A DNA stretch of 64,000 bases from a virus. The DNA is taken from the IMG/VR virus record IMGVR_UViG_3300027749_000070, positions 27,247 through 91,246 of that record; one strand, written 5' to 3'. Shown here piece by piece: positions 22,046-32,861 of the stretch (position 1 is the first letter of the stretch; each line of letters opens with the position of its first letter). Made by a program: the position numbers and the translations under genes. The notes under the pieces are model-generated. The model did no database searches, was not told the DNA's origin, and saw nothing but the letters and a program-made list of their open reading frames with translations.

Positions 22046-22513
22046 TTATGTGTTTCCTCCTAAAACTATTTTATTACCTACTATTTTAACGGCATTTTTT
22101 GGTGTTTGTAAGAATGTTGGTGGTAAAGCTAAATTATTACCAACATAATCATTTCTATTTGGATCTTGTTGTGAAATTTTATTTGCATTAAGATAAGTAT
22201 TTCTAACTGCTTTTGCGGTAGTTTCGTCTAAATGGAAATAACTTATTTGTTCTTGACTTACATATAGTATGATGTCATTTTCCATTATATTTAATGGATT
22301 ATCAATATCATTTAGGTCTAATAAAAAATCACAATAATCAATAGTGCCATAAATATCATTACAAATAGAATCAATTCTCATTTGATGATATCCATTAACA
22401 GTATATTGGTACATTGTAAATCCACTATAATATTTATATGTAGCATCAAAGAAATTATATAAATTGCTTTGTGCTATATCTTTTTTTAAATTGCTAATAT
22501 CATATAACTCCAT
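22046..22513 (-). CDS. Baseplate wedge protein, gp53 / LysM-like
   Basis: YTV...RIDSICNDIYG...LLDLNDIDNP. Confidence 0.7.
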   Translation of the reverse strand: MELYDISNLKKDIAQSNLYNFFDATYKYYSGFTMYQYTVNGYHQMRIDSICNDIYGTIDYCDFLLDLNDIDNPLNIMENDIILYVSQEQISYFHLDETTAKAVRNTYLNANKISQQDPNRNDYVGNNLALPPTFLQTPKNAVKIVGNKIVLGGNT

Positions 22514-22535
22514 AATAATTTATATATTAATTATA

Positions 22536-22928
22536 CTAGTAGTCTCTTATAATTTGACTGTGGCTAAATTTAGATAAATTACCTAAAACATCGTCTAGTA
22601 ATTCTTGATCTTTTCTAAATTCGTTATAGAAAACAAGTACATTAAATTCATTTTCTTCTCCAAGAATTTTTTTAATATTTAATAATTTATCAATTGAAAA
22701 TTCCGAATCAAAATCAGGAATATAATAAATATCTTTTTTCTTTTCCATAGCTTGTTGAATCTTTTGAAAAATTAAAATCTTTAAATAAGTTCTCTCCTTA
22801 TCTAATTCAATTTCCTCTTCTTCTTGGATTTTTTTTAAGTCAATGATATATTTATTTTTGATATGATTAACCTTTATCATTTTATCAAGTTTTTTCCTTG
22901 ATTTTACATATACACAGAAAAATTTCAT
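22536..22928 (-). CDS. Hypothetical late protein
   Basis: 130-aa ORF; TAATATATA motif at 22946-22954. Confidence 0.7.
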   Translation of the reverse strand: MKFFCVYVKSRKKLDKMIKVNHIKNKYIIDLKKIQEEEEIELDKERTYLKILIFQKIQQAMEKKKDIYYIPDFDSEFSIDKLLNIKKILGEENEFNVLVFYNEFRKDQELLDDVLGNLSKFSHSQIIRDY

Positions 22929-23014
22929 TAAGTTTAATTTTTCAGTATATATTAGATGGTATTTCCTCTCCTACAAACCATATATTTATTAATATATAAA
23001 GAAAAAGTTTATCA

Positions 23015-24676
23015 ATGGCTTCTAATCTCGGACTATTACAAACACAATCTCCATTAAATTTTACATCAAATACTAATGATACTGATACAAAAACTGTTGG
23101 TGGATATGGTGTCATAGACACTAATACAAATAATCTAAAATCTTTATTCGGAAAACATAGTTTTACACCATTTCCTGGTTCACCAAATGAAAGTGGCTAT
23201 CCAGACAATAATAAATATAATAATAGAAATACAGATGAAAATAATGATACATCAACAAGTTCTATTATCAACTTTACTAAACAAAAGGGTAATTCTGCTT
23301 TAGCACTGGATTATGCACATTTTGCTTATTTAAAAAATCTTGGAGTATATCCAAACAATAGACTAATTATAGCTAGACGTTTTGCTAGTCCTGTTGGTAA
23401 TGACTTGATCGCCATGGGAGCCAACGGAAGAGATTCTAATAATCCACTATCAACATTAATATCTTGGATGCCAGAAGGTGAAGATTTATTAGATATAAAT
23501 TTTGGAGAAGTGTGGGATAGTGCACAAAGTTCTTTTAGCACACTTTTAAATAGTATAGGTAAAGATATGACTCTAAGTAGCGACAATGCAAGCGGTATGT
23601 CAAATCTAGGTGGAGCAGCGGGTTCAGCTATGAATGCTGTACCTTTACCAGGTTTAACCGAAGCGATTCAAAGAAAGATGATAGTAAAATTAGGATTAGC
23701 TAAAGATGATAAAAGTGCAATTTTACCAGTAGGTGATCCAAATTTAATAAAGCAAGCAAAACAAAGACATATTGTAGGTAAAGATGAAGCTGGTAGTGGT
23801 CTAAAATGTGACTTTAAAATTAAAATGTCTGTTGAGTATGAACAAAAATATATAGATGGTATAGATCCAACTTTAGTTTATATGGATATAATAGCTAATG
23901 CTCTGAGCTTTGGAACATCTAATGCTAGATTTTTATTCAATTCTAATTTTGCTACAAAAACAAGTAGTTTAATAAAAGATTTAATTAGTGGAGATCTAAG
24001 TGCTGTTGGTAGAGTATTAACAATTGTAGTTAAACAATTTGCTGAAGTTGTTATAGGTTATGCGAAACAATTAAAAGATGCATTAAAAGGATTTGTAAAC
24101 AAAGCTACCAAAGTAGCCACTGCAGCCACTGAAGCAGAAAAAACTGCCGCTGATGATAGTTTAAAAAAAGCAGCACAAAAAGCAATCGACACGGCATTCA
24201 AATTCAGTGTTGGTGCTGTTATAGGTAAATATAAAGTAGCATTATTAGGTGTTGTCAACGCATTAACTGGTTCTCCTTCTGGATATTGGCACGTGACAAT
24301 AGGTAATCCAAAAAGACCAGTTTTTAGCTCAGGTGATATGATAGTTGAAGATGTGCAATTAAAACTTGGACCAATATTATCTTGGAATGATTTACCATCT
24401 AGTATAAAAATAGACTTTACACTCTCAAATGCAAGAGCATTAGGTGCAGATGAAATATATGCTAGATTCAATAGTAGCATGGCAAGAAATTATACAAGAG
24501 ATCCAGATGTTAATCAAGCGAATGACGCCACATTAGGTATAACAAGTGATGAAGTTGAAAAAAAACCTGTTGAAAAAACACCTAATGGTCCCGCTCCATT
24601 AGCTCCTGCCCAAACAAATGCATTTCCAAATAGACCAGGTTATCCAGGATACAACCCAAATTTACCCAATAGTTAA
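23015..24676 (+). CDS. Putative baseplate tail-tube junction protein (gp48/gp54-like)
   Basis: Late motif at 22990; WHVTIGNP...VEDVQL.....DLPSSIKIDFTL pattern; position next to baseplate genes. Confidence 0.5.
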   Translation: MASNLGLLQTQSPLNFTSNTNDTDTKTVGGYGVIDTNTNNLKSLFGKHSFTPFPGSPNESGYPDNNKYNNRNTDENNDTSTSSIINFTKQKGNSALALDYAHFAYLKNLGVYPNNRLIIARRFASPVGNDLIAMGANGRDSNNPLSTLISWMPEGEDLLDINFGEVWDSAQSSFSTLLNSIGKDMTLSSDNASGMSNLGGAAGSAMNAVPLPGLTEAIQRKMIVKLGLAKDDKSAILPVGDPNLIKQAKQRHIVGKDEAGSGLKCDFKIKMSVEYEQKYIDGIDPTLVYMDIIANALSFGTSNARFLFNSNFATKTSSLIKDLISGDLSAVGRVLTIVVKQFAEVVIGYAKQLKDALKGFVNKATKVATAATEAEKTAADDSLKKAAQKAIDTAFKFSVGAVIGKYKVALLGVVNALTGSPSGYWHVTIGNPKRPVFSSGDMIVEDVQLKLGPILSWNDLPSSIKIDFTLSNARALGADEIYARFNSSMARNYTRDPDVNQANDATLGITSDEVEKKPVEKTPNGPAPLAPAQTNAFPNRPGYPGYNPNLPNS

Positions 24677-26329
24677 AGAGTTGCTACCATAAAGTTTTAT
24701 ATCTTCTGTCTCAATTATTTTTTCACCATCTAATTTAGACTTTAGTATATTTATATATTCAGATGCAAAGAATACCATTAAGTCTTCTGCTGTATTAATA
24801 TACTTGTATGATAATGAACCATCTTCTTTATAATAAGGTATTGTTGTATTACCATAATACTTATTAATAGCATCTCTTCTTTCGTCTAAGAAGTTTAAAC
24901 CTTGTATATTTGTAATACTAGGATGTCCACCTGACATTATTTCAAGTATATTTAAACCAGGTATTTTAAAATTAGCAATTTCTTGCTTTTCATCAAATGT
25001 CCAGTTACTCCATAACTTATCCATTGTATTTTTAAGGAATTGAACATCTGAATTTTGCATATCTGTTACATCTAATTTAGCAACAGTTTTCAAATCTCCT
25101 GATTTACGATTTGGTTGATACCATATTTCTTCACCGTAGAACGTAACTAAATCATTCCATTTAAAACCGATTGGGCTAAAATTAGCATACTTCTGCTTTA
25201 ATTTATATGATTCAGCTTCTGCAATTTTCTTAATTGCGGTTATAGGTATTCTAAAATTAGATAAAGCTTCTTTATGTTTTGAAAACAATTCTTTAGTTAA
25301 AGAACCTAAATGTATATTTTCTATTTTTTCATTTTTAAATGGATTACCCGATATCTGTATCAAACCCATTTTATAAATAGTACAAACCCAATTAGATTTT
25401 GGGAAGTTTCTAAATACTACATATCTATCATATGAACCTGTTTTAAACGTTTCGCCAATGTCAAATTGTTTGATGATTTTATATTTATCATCATATTCTA
25501 ATTCTTTATTCTTAACAATGTCTTTACCTACTTTAACAAACTCTTTTCTAGATAAAACATAATTATGTAAATTCTCATTTATCTCTGTTTGAGTTGGTAA
25601 TTTCACCGGATTATGATATGACTTTAAATCCATATTCCACTCATAAGAGATAGCGTTATTAATATAATGCATCAAATTAATATAAAGAGAATATAAACTT
25701 GGTTTGGAATCGGTTACTAAACACTCTAATAAGTTTCTATTATGATGATGTGTTTTACCGTCTAAACTATCTACCTTAATTCTTTTATTCTTTAAAGCTA
25801 ATAACAATCTATTAACTACTAATCCTAGAAAGAACCTATTAGTTTCTGGCTCAGCATTTTTATTTAAATTAAAAATAGCTTTTTGTATTTGTTCAGGAGT
25901 AATACTATATTTAGCATAATCAGCGGAGTCAACCGTTTTAATTAATTCAATATCTAAATCTGTAAATACATCAGTAGAATTAATTTCTCCTGAAATGGTT
26001 TCAACATTTGAACGAGATTTCTTAAAATTAGTTGACATATTAGAATTAGCACCTGCCTGCTTATCATGGTGGTCTGTTGCTATAATAAACATGTCTTTCA
26101 CATGTGCAAAATCAACAATAACAGGCAATCTACCTTCTTTTGTATTCTTAACGTTAAATTCTAATGAACCATATTGTATAATATGTGATTCAACTACTTT
26201 AATACCATGTGATTCTAAGTAGTTTTTCATGGCTAAATGCGAGCATACACCATCTAAATCTTGATGGAAATATATTTCAGCTTCTTTGTATTTATTAGCA
26301 ATTTGCTTAATGTTTCTTATTCCTGACAT
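24662..26329 (-). CDS. DHH-family phosphoesterase
   Basis: FHQDLDG, IVDFAH, TDHH, C-terminal SGGH. Confidence 0.8.
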   Translation of the reverse strand: MSGIRNIKQIANKYKEAEIYFHQDLDGVCSHLAMKNYLESHGIKVVESHIIQYGSLEFNVKNTKEGRLPVIVDFAHVKDMFIIATDHHDKQAGANSNMSTNFKKSRSNVETISGEINSTDVFTDLDIELIKTVDSADYAKYSITPEQIQKAIFNLNKNAEPETNRFFLGLVVNRLLLALKNKRIKVDSLDGKTHHHNRNLLECLVTDSKPSLYSLYINLMHYINNAISYEWNMDLKSYHNPVKLPTQTEINENLHNYVLSRKEFVKVGKDIVKNKELEYDDKYKIIKQFDIGETFKTGSYDRYVVFRNFPKSNWVCTIYKMGLIQISGNPFKNEKIENIHLGSLTKELFSKHKEALSNFRIPITAIKKIAEAESYKLKQKYANFSPIGFKWNDLVTFYGEEIWYQPNRKSGDLKTVAKLDVTDMQNSDVQFLKNTMDKLWSNWTFDEKQEIANFKIPGLNILEIMSGGHPSITNIQGLNFLDERRDAINKYYGNTTIPYYKEDGSLSYKYINTAEDLMVFFASEYINILKSKLDGEKIIETEDIKLYGSNSLTIG

Positions 26330-26349
26330 TAATTTTTCGTTTGTTTCAA

Positions 26350-26380
26350 CAAAGATACTTATATTTATTGAATTTACAAA
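26350..26380 (-). promoter_or_regulatory. Bacteroidota-type promoter
   Basis: TTTG-N19-TATCTTTG, 20 bp before the DHH start. Confidence 0.65.
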
Positions 26381-26386
26381 ATATTT

Positions 26387-26686
26387 TTAATTTTTGTCTT
26401 TAATTTTGTCTAAAATAATTTTACGATAATTAGTTGAGCTTCTCATCCCAACCCATTTACCCAGTACCGCACCTAAAATATAAACTACACCAACGAGCCA
26501 ATTACCACCTAGTAGCATAGATAGAGAGTAATATGTAGAAGCTAATACTATTAAATTCATTAAAATAGTATTTAACATTAGCTTTAATACTTTATTCTCA
26601 TAAGTTAATCTAATTTCTTGAATCCTTAAAAGATTATAAAGAAATTGCAAAAAGAAAACGATAATATATTTATAAATAAGTTCCAT
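26387..26686 (-). CDS. Small three-TM membrane protein
   Basis: Three hydrophobic stretches; YILGAVLG. Confidence 0.7.
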   Translation of the reverse strand: MELIYKYIIVFFLQFLYNLLRIQEIRLTYENKVLKLMLNTILMNLIVLASTYYSLSMLLGGNWLVGVVYILGAVLGKWVGMRSSTNYRKIILDKIKDKN

Positions 26687-27474
26687 TACATTCTTGGGAG
26701 TGGGTAATATATTTTAAGAATATCTTTCAATTCATCTCTATTACTTGAATTAGCATATACATTATACAAATTAACTTTATTAGTAAATGATTTAACAACT
26801 CTTTTCATCCTTTCAGGATCAATTTTCATAAATAACTTCGGCACATATGAATAACCAAGAGCCGATCTCAATTCTTGATTCGTCATGTCATCAAATACTT
26901 TCTTACCTATAAGTTTAACCATTTCAACTGGATTTTGTGAATATTGTATTAATCCTTTTTTTTCACTATCAGTAATAATATTTAAAAACTCAGTTCCTTT
27001 TTGACCTAAAAGAGTTATTACTTCTTGTGGATTTCTACTTCTTCCTAATACTGATTCTATAATTTGCCTATTAGCAATTTTAATAAACTTTGGATTTTGA
27101 AAAAACATTTTAATTATTGTATCAGTATATTCATCATCACGATCTATTATATGACTCATCCCATAACTTAAACCACCACCATACTGTGATTTCCAATCAA
27201 ATATACCAGCAGCACCCGCACTCTCATCATCGTATATTTCTACAAAATATACCTTATCAATTAATTTATTTACATACCATATTTGATTAGTATGTGAAAG
27301 TTCTTTAAAACTATCTATATCAAGATTCAAATTAGAATCGTCAGCTTGAAGATATCTTAATTTGTCCTCTTCAGATAACTGATTATAATCTCGGTCTAAA
27401 ATAGGATCATAATCTAATTCATGTGCTTCTTGAGCGTCTTCAAATATATCCTTATATCTTTTTAAATGTTTCAT
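26686..27474 (-). CDS. Hypothetical protein with capsid-targeting-like N-terminus
   Basis: MKHLKRYKDIFE; short helical repeats toward the C-terminus. Confidence 0.7.
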   Translation of the reverse strand: MKHLKRYKDIFEDAQEAHELDYDPILDRDYNQLSEEDKLRYLQADDSNLNLDIDSFKELSHTNQIWYVNKLIDKVYFVEIYDDESAGAAGIFDWKSQYGGGLSYGMSHIIDRDDEYTDTIIKMFFQNPKFIKIANRQIIESVLGRSRNPQEVITLLGQKGTEFLNIITDSEKKGLIQYSQNPVEMVKLIGKKVFDDMTNQELRSALGYSYVPKLFMKIDPERMKRVVKSFTNKVNLYNVYANSSNRDELKDILKIYYPLPRM

Positions 27475-27986
27475 ATAATGTTAAATCCAGGGTTTAAATA
27501 CCAATCACTAGCAAACTTAATCATTTCTGGTGTGGTTAAATCTATTTTATTCACCAATGTAACATCATTTTGATTAAATACATAAAGAGAATAAATACTT
27601 GGTCTTTCTCTTAATTTCAAAGCTTTAAATCCTAATGCTATAAATAAATCTTCAATATCTTCATATTCAGGACAATCCATATTACCAAGTGATGACCAAT
27701 CTAATTCATCCTCGGAGTTTCTAATAACACTTTCAAAAGATTCTTTAGTTAAATTATTTCTTAATAAATTTCTGTGAGCAGGATTTGATATGGTAAAAAT
27801 TTCGGTTTCTGGGAAATTTAAAGTAAATGCCCATAATTCTTTATGATCCGAAAATGATATACCAAATCCCATATTATCTGTTAAATAGATATAATTACCA
27901 CTATAAGGACGTCTTTCCGAGTCTCTACCATGATAATAAATCTTTTTATTACTTTCAAATAATCTATAAGGGGTTAAATGCTTCAT
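27471..27986 (-). CDS. Putative ADP-ribosyltransferase-fold protein
   Basis: YYHG...IYLTD...GFKALKLRE...YVFN pattern; MKHLTPYRLFE N-terminus. Confidence 0.45.
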   Translation of the reverse strand: MKHLTPYRLFESNKKIYYHGRDSERRPYSGNYIYLTDNMGFGISFSDHKELWAFTLNFPETEIFTISNPAHRNLLRNNLTKESFESVIRNSEDELDWSSLGNMDCPEYEDIEDLFIALGFKALKLRERPSIYSLYVFNQNDVTLVNKIDLTTPEMIKFASDWYLNPGFNII

Positions 27987-27987
27987 A

Positions 27988-28473
27988 TTAAAAATCTTCG
28001 TCTAATGTTAAATTGGTTTGTGGTTTATCTAAATTTTCAAATAAATCTTTTGATTCTTTTAAAAATCTTTCTAAACCAAAATGTTTTGTTCTTAATCTTA
28101 ATAATTCATCATATGTCATCCAACGAGCTTCATCATTTTCCCAATTTAAAATTGGTCTAAACTCATCATTAACTATTCCTATAAAATTATGATACTCAAA
28201 ACTTCTTTCTCTAAATATAAATCCTTTAATTAAATTAACTTCTCCATTATATCCAGTTTCTTCTTCAAATTCTCTTTTAGCAGCTATTTCAATAGATTCA
28301 TCAACACCTTCGTCGATATCTAACTTACCACCAAACCCACCCCACGTTAAACCTTCCATAACATACTTTGATCTTAGACCTATAAGAAATCTTTTTGATG
28401 TTTCACAAAAAGGAACTATACCAGCTCCAATTGTTCCCCAGCGTATATTTTCAAATGTTAATAGATATTTCAT
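27988..28473 (-). CDS. NUDIX hydrolase
   Basis: GG...E...AAKREFEEETG Nudix box; MKYLLTFE N-terminus. Confidence 0.9.
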   Translation of the reverse strand: MKYLLTFENIRWGTIGAGIVPFCETSKRFLIGLRSKYVMEGLTWGGFGGKLDIDEGVDESIEIAAKREFEEETGYNGEVNLIKGFIFRERSFEYHNFIGIVNDEFRPILNWENDEARWMTYDELLRLRTKHFGLERFLKESKDLFENLDKPQTNLTLDEDF

Positions 28474-29831
28474 TATTTAAATCCTTTTTTATCTGATTTT
28501 TTATCATCTTCACCAAATTTAGTATCAAAGAAATTATCACCATCAGTCACTATTTTAGTAGTAGAACTTATATTAGCAAATTGACCCAATTTACCACTTC
28601 TAAATACACCACCTTGCATATTACCATTAAAATATCCATTCATAAAGAAAGAATCTTTTACTTCGGAATTATCTACAACAGAGTTTAATATCTTTGAATT
28701 AATTATATCACCACCATTTACTTGACATTTTATTAATTGAGAATCATTTACTTTACTATTAACTATTCTACAATTATCAAATATACCTTCTACTACACAA
28801 TTTATAAAGTCAAAGTTATTAACATTCATTACACCTTTAACATTAGCATCAACTACTTCTATTCTTTGCTCACCAGTTAACCAGTTTAATATACAATCTT
28901 TTAAACTATCAATACTTTCAATTAAAGTATATAACTTACTATACACTCTATTATAGTAAGCATTAACAACGTTATAATCGGAAACTTGATCAACTTGTAA
29001 TGTTATACTTGGGAAAGCTATAAGGAAATTATCATAATTTGAAAATGATTTGAAATTAGAAATGTTCTTATCTAAATGCTTCTCCAATTCTTTTACCTCT
29101 GTTGGTGAAAATCCCTTATTAATAGAATCACTTACATTTAAAATAAATTTATCTAAGAAGTAAATTAAATCACCTATATTCTTTTCATAATCTTTACCAC
29201 CAATATATCTAAATTCTAATCTTTGTTCACCTAACTCTTTATTCATATGCAAAAGATTTATACCATAATACTTATCCTCTGGAACTCTTATATTATTTTT
29301 CACAACATCAATTGGAATATTATTAAAATCATATTCTTTAAATGGTATAATTCTTTTTATAGATTTAGCATAAACGTTATTTTTTCTCGTTGGAAATGAA
29401 CGATATATTTCGTCCTCATCTGTATTTAAAATCATTTTCAATACATTTAAATCTTTTAAATTTTTATCAACAAATGATATATTAAAGTGTATAGACGCTT
29501 TTTCATTAGTATAACCATAATCTTGAATGAATTTTAAGATTTTAACTAGATAAAATTTAGCTTCAAAATAAGGAAGAGGACCAGTAATAACTTCGACCAT
29601 GTTTGAACCACCAGATAAATCGGGTGTTAATAAAAATTTGGTTGCGTCTGGTTTCATATTTGGATGATAGTGTCTAAATCCATATATTTGAACTGGGCTC
29701 AGAATCTTATTCAATAATTCTAAGGTTTTATAAAAAGATAGTTCTTTTATATAAAACTCAAATTCAAACCCGATTACAGCTTGTTTTAATATGTCCGAAT
29801 TATTAATAAATTCCTCTGTATATTTACGCAT
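28473..29831 (-). CDS. Putative amidoligase (COOH-NH2 ligase fold) with C-terminal beta-helix-like repeats
   Basis: GFEFEF, EVITGP, ASIHFN, LEFRYIGG; C-terminal xxNS pentapeptide-like repeats. Confidence 0.7.
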   Translation of the reverse strand: MRKYTEEFINNSDILKQAVIGFEFEFYIKELSFYKTLELLNKILSPVQIYGFRHYHPNMKPDATKFLLTPDLSGGSNMVEVITGPLPYFEAKFYLVKILKFIQDYGYTNEKASIHFNISFVDKNLKDLNVLKMILNTDEDEIYRSFPTRKNNVYAKSIKRIIPFKEYDFNNIPIDVVKNNIRVPEDKYYGINLLHMNKELGEQRLEFRYIGGKDYEKNIGDLIYFLDKFILNVSDSINKGFSPTEVKELEKHLDKNISNFKSFSNYDNFLIAFPSITLQVDQVSDYNVVNAYYNRVYSKLYTLIESIDSLKDCILNWLTGEQRIEVVDANVKGVMNVNNFDFINCVVEGIFDNCRIVNSKVNDSQLIKCQVNGGDIINSKILNSVVDNSEVKDSFFMNGYFNGNMQGGVFRSGKLGQFANISSTTKIVTDGDNFFDTKFGEDDKKSDKKGFK

Positions 29832-29908
29832 TTATTATATATTAATTATTACTATTTCAAAATTTTAACTTTTTTTTAACAAAATTTTTATTTTTAGTTT
29901 TTTATTGT

Positions 29909-29916
29909 TATCTTTG
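29909..29916 (+). promoter_or_regulatory. Bacteroidota -7 promoter element for the 29.9-36.2 kb operon
   Basis: TATCTTTG 11 bp before ATG; TTAACT-N5-TTAACA at 29865-29881. Confidence 0.55.
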
Positions 29917-29927
29917 ATACAAGAACA

Positions 29928-31052
29928 ATGAAAAATATGACAAAAATATTAAAAGTTAATAATAATACATTCGAGCAAGGAGACGAAGTAACACTTATCA
30001 TGGATAGTTATAGCCCAACTATATTACATGGTAATTTACATATTAGCGATAATGGCTATTATGTATGTCACAATAACGAAGACTATGATTACGATAATTC
30101 ACCAGAAAAATATGGCAATAAATACGCTTACTATATTTATTATAGCGATGACGAAAGCTTACTCTACCACAAAATAGATATAGAATTACTATACACCGAC
30201 GTTGATAGAGCCTTCAAAAAAGGTGTTAGAACTTTTTTACAATCACAATTACCCTACATATTTCCACTTTTTAATATAAAATTAGGTGTTATCGACAACT
30301 ATGCTACTATAAAAGAGTCAGAAAAACAAGGATTCGTAGATTTAAGCTCTGGTAAACCAAGAAATAAAAAACTATCTACTAAATTAGGTAGACTAACTGG
30401 TAAATTAGCGGTTGCATTTGGTGATAAAGTTAAAGAAAATCAAAAAAATAGTGAATTTAAACTAAAAGATGAAATTATAGAAAAAATCCACAATCAATGG
30501 ATGTCATCACACGAATCAGTATTGAAGTATGAATTCCTAGGTGGTGAAGATATATTAATTGGATATACTAAATCCAATTATGTAAATACTAAAGATAATA
30601 GAAAAAGTGTCTTACACAACTCTTGCATGGGTGATAAACAAGATTTACTTAAAATATATACGCAAAATCCGGATAAAATATCTTTAATGGTATTTTATAA
30701 TGAAGAAAAGAAAATAAATGGACGCTGTTTGATTTGGAAAGCAGATGATGGCAATACCTATTTTGATAGAATATATTATATAAATGATTGGTTTGAATAT
30801 TCAATGGAGAAAACTTGTGTTAATCTAGGATTCATTAAAATAAATGCTTCTAGAGTAGAGGCAAAGGTTAGTCTTCAAAATATAGATTTTAGAAATTATC
30901 CTTATTTAGATACATTCCATTTTATTTCTTTTAAAAAGAAAGCATTATATCATAATCCACTTAATACATGGAAACTCAAATATGAACTAAGGACTACAAC
31001 AGGACAGATATTTGAGAAAACAATAGATATACCCGAAATAGAATTAGAATAA
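29928..31052 (+). CDS. Conserved phage protein (SCM / GRxLxW / DRIY / PYLD motifs)
   Basis: NSCM, YTQNP, GRCLIW, YFDRIY, YPYLDTF. Confidence 0.6.
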   Translation: MKNMTKILKVNNNTFEQGDEVTLIMDSYSPTILHGNLHISDNGYYVCHNNEDYDYDNSPEKYGNKYAYYIYYSDDESLLYHKIDIELLYTDVDRAFKKGVRTFLQSQLPYIFPLFNIKLGVIDNYATIKESEKQGFVDLSSGKPRNKKLSTKLGRLTGKLAVAFGDKVKENQKNSEFKLKDEIIEKIHNQWMSSHESVLKYEFLGGEDILIGYTKSNYVNTKDNRKSVLHNSCMGDKQDLLKIYTQNPDKISLMVFYNEEKKINGRCLIWKADDGNTYFDRIYYINDWFEYSMEKTCVNLGFIKINASRVEAKVSLQNIDFRNYPYLDTFHFISFKKKALYHNPLNTWKLKYELRTTTGQIFEKTIDIPEIELE

Positions 31053-31270
31053 TGAATTATAGGAATGCTTATATTAAATATGTAGAATCAGTTATAAATC
31101 CAGGAAGTTTTAATTCAATTGAAGATTATAGATTTTATTGTAATATAAAATCCATAATAGAATTCGACTTCTTGGATATTGAATTATCAAAAGAAATATG
31201 TGAGAAAAGATGGGTAGATTTTTTCAAAAATCAAAAATTATTAGTATCTTGCACTCAAAATAGAAATTAA
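31052..31270 (+). CDS. Hypothetical protein
   Basis: Translationally coupled (TAATG). Confidence 0.65.
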   Translation: MNYRNAYIKYVESVINPGSFNSIEDYRFYCNIKSIIEFDFLDIELSKEICEKRWVDFFKNQKLLVSCTQNRN

Positions 31271-31467
31271 TGAAAAAATACGCAATTACTACGCAATCCG
31301 AAAGCGGTGACGACTATATTTACTTTGTAATAACAGACAAAAAAATGGATGCCAATTTAGCAAATACATTTCTTAAAGCACATGCTTACGACAAAGATGA
31401 AGATATGGTTTATGAAGCAGTAGTCACAATAAAAGAAATATGTGATGATAATTTCATAGAAATTTAA
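31270..31467 (+). CDS. Hypothetical protein
   Basis: Translationally coupled. Confidence 0.65.
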   Translation: MKKYAITTQSESGDDYIYFVITDKKMDANLANTFLKAHAYDKDEDMVYEAVVTIKEICDDNFIEI

Positions 31468-31476
31468 AAATAAAAT

Positions 31477-32382
31477 ATGACAACAGTTGAACTTGGTGCT
31501 AAAGACACCATTGAGAAAATAAAGAACGGTAAATCTTATATAGAAACCTTCAACGATTTAAACAATTGGTTAGCCGAATATAAAAAAATGGCTAAACTTA
31601 TACACCCAGATATTTGTAATTTATCCGGTGCCAAAGAAGCTTTATCCAAACTTAATTCATATAAAGACGAATTAGAAAAAGGTAAAACACACAAAGACGA
31701 TGCCGGTATGGTTAATTATAAAATTAATCAAGTTAATATAACTGGTAATAAATTAGTTTTAGAAAACTCTTTAAAACATTATAATAAATTAATGTCTCTT
31801 AAAGATAAAATGGACTTAGACTTCCAACGTTATATACCAGAAAGCGCAAAACTACAAATATCTGATGCAGATACTAATCTTAATCTACATATGAAATTAA
31901 GAGCTTTACCACTATCAGCATTAGATGTTTTACCACAAGGACATGTTAATTGGATTCTTTCTAGAATGCTCGAATTTATCGCTTACATAAATAAAAAAGG
32001 ATATGTTCATGCAGGCATTAACCCAGATTCAGTTTATGTTGAACCAGTTAATCATGGTATAAATGTAATGTCTTTTTATCATATGACAGAACTAAATAAG
32101 AAACTATCAACTGCTTCTGGTAAATGGCTTTATATGTATCCAGATCATGTTAAAATAGATAAACTTGCTAAAGCTGATATTGATATAGAATTGTGTAAAA
32201 GAACAGCAATATACCTATTAGGTGATAAATCAGGTATTGGAAATATATTAAGAAAAACACACTCTATACCATTTTTAGATTTTTGTCAAAAAAGACATAC
32301 TGACCCAGTAGAAGCTTTCTTTGAATATAGAGAACTGTTAAGCAAAAACTTTGAAAAGAAATTTATACCACTAATAATATAA
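31477..32382 (+). CDS. J-domain plus protein-kinase-like (probable pseudokinase) fusion
   Basis: YKKMAKLIHPD (HPD motif); GYVHAGINPDSVYV resembles HRDxKPxN but lacks the Asp. Confidence 0.65.
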   Translation: MTTVELGAKDTIEKIKNGKSYIETFNDLNNWLAEYKKMAKLIHPDICNLSGAKEALSKLNSYKDELEKGKTHKDDAGMVNYKINQVNITGNKLVLENSLKHYNKLMSLKDKMDLDFQRYIPESAKLQISDADTNLNLHMKLRALPLSALDVLPQGHVNWILSRMLEFIAYINKKGYVHAGINPDSVYVEPVNHGINVMSFYHMTELNKKLSTASGKWLYMYPDHVKIDKLAKADIDIELCKRTAIYLLGDKSGIGNILRKTHSIPFLDFCQKRHTDPVEAFFEYRELLSKNFEKKFIPLII

Positions 32383-32384
32383 TT

Positions 32385-32861
32385 ATGACAGACAAAAATT
32401 TATCTTTCGCAGATTTATGGGATGCCGCTGATGAGTATATCCCTGATGTAGAAAAAACAAAAGAAGAAATTATAGAAGATTACCTTAAAGTAGGTAAAAG
32501 AAATCAATGGATATATCTTACTACCGAAGATGTTAAAAATGCTAAATCATTTGATAATAAATTGTATTCTGAATACTATGAATATGATTGTGAAGAATTT
32601 ATCGAAGATAAATTGGAAGATACACCAATAGGTGATAAAATCATATTCAAAAATGAATATATGAATTTCAATAATGTTGTTGTGCATGAATATGCACAAG
32701 ATGATGAAATCTATCTTTTAGTAGATGGCGAAGATAAGTTTATATTTCATGGATATGATACAAGGGTTATTAACCATTATGAAAATTTAATTATCTTCGG
32801 CGGTAAAGAAGAAGTTATTATCTATGATATAGATAAAAAACTACTAAAAAGATTAGACTAA
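32385..32861 (+). CDS. Hypothetical acidic protein
   Basis: 158-aa ORF within the operon. Confidence 0.65.
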   Translation: MTDKNLSFADLWDAADEYIPDVEKTKEEIIEDYLKVGKRNQWIYLTTEDVKNAKSFDNKLYSEYYEYDCEEFIEDKLEDTPIGDKIIFKNEYMNFNNVVVHEYAQDDEIYLLVDGEDKFIFHGYDTRVINHYENLIIFGGKEEVIIYDIDKKLLKRLD

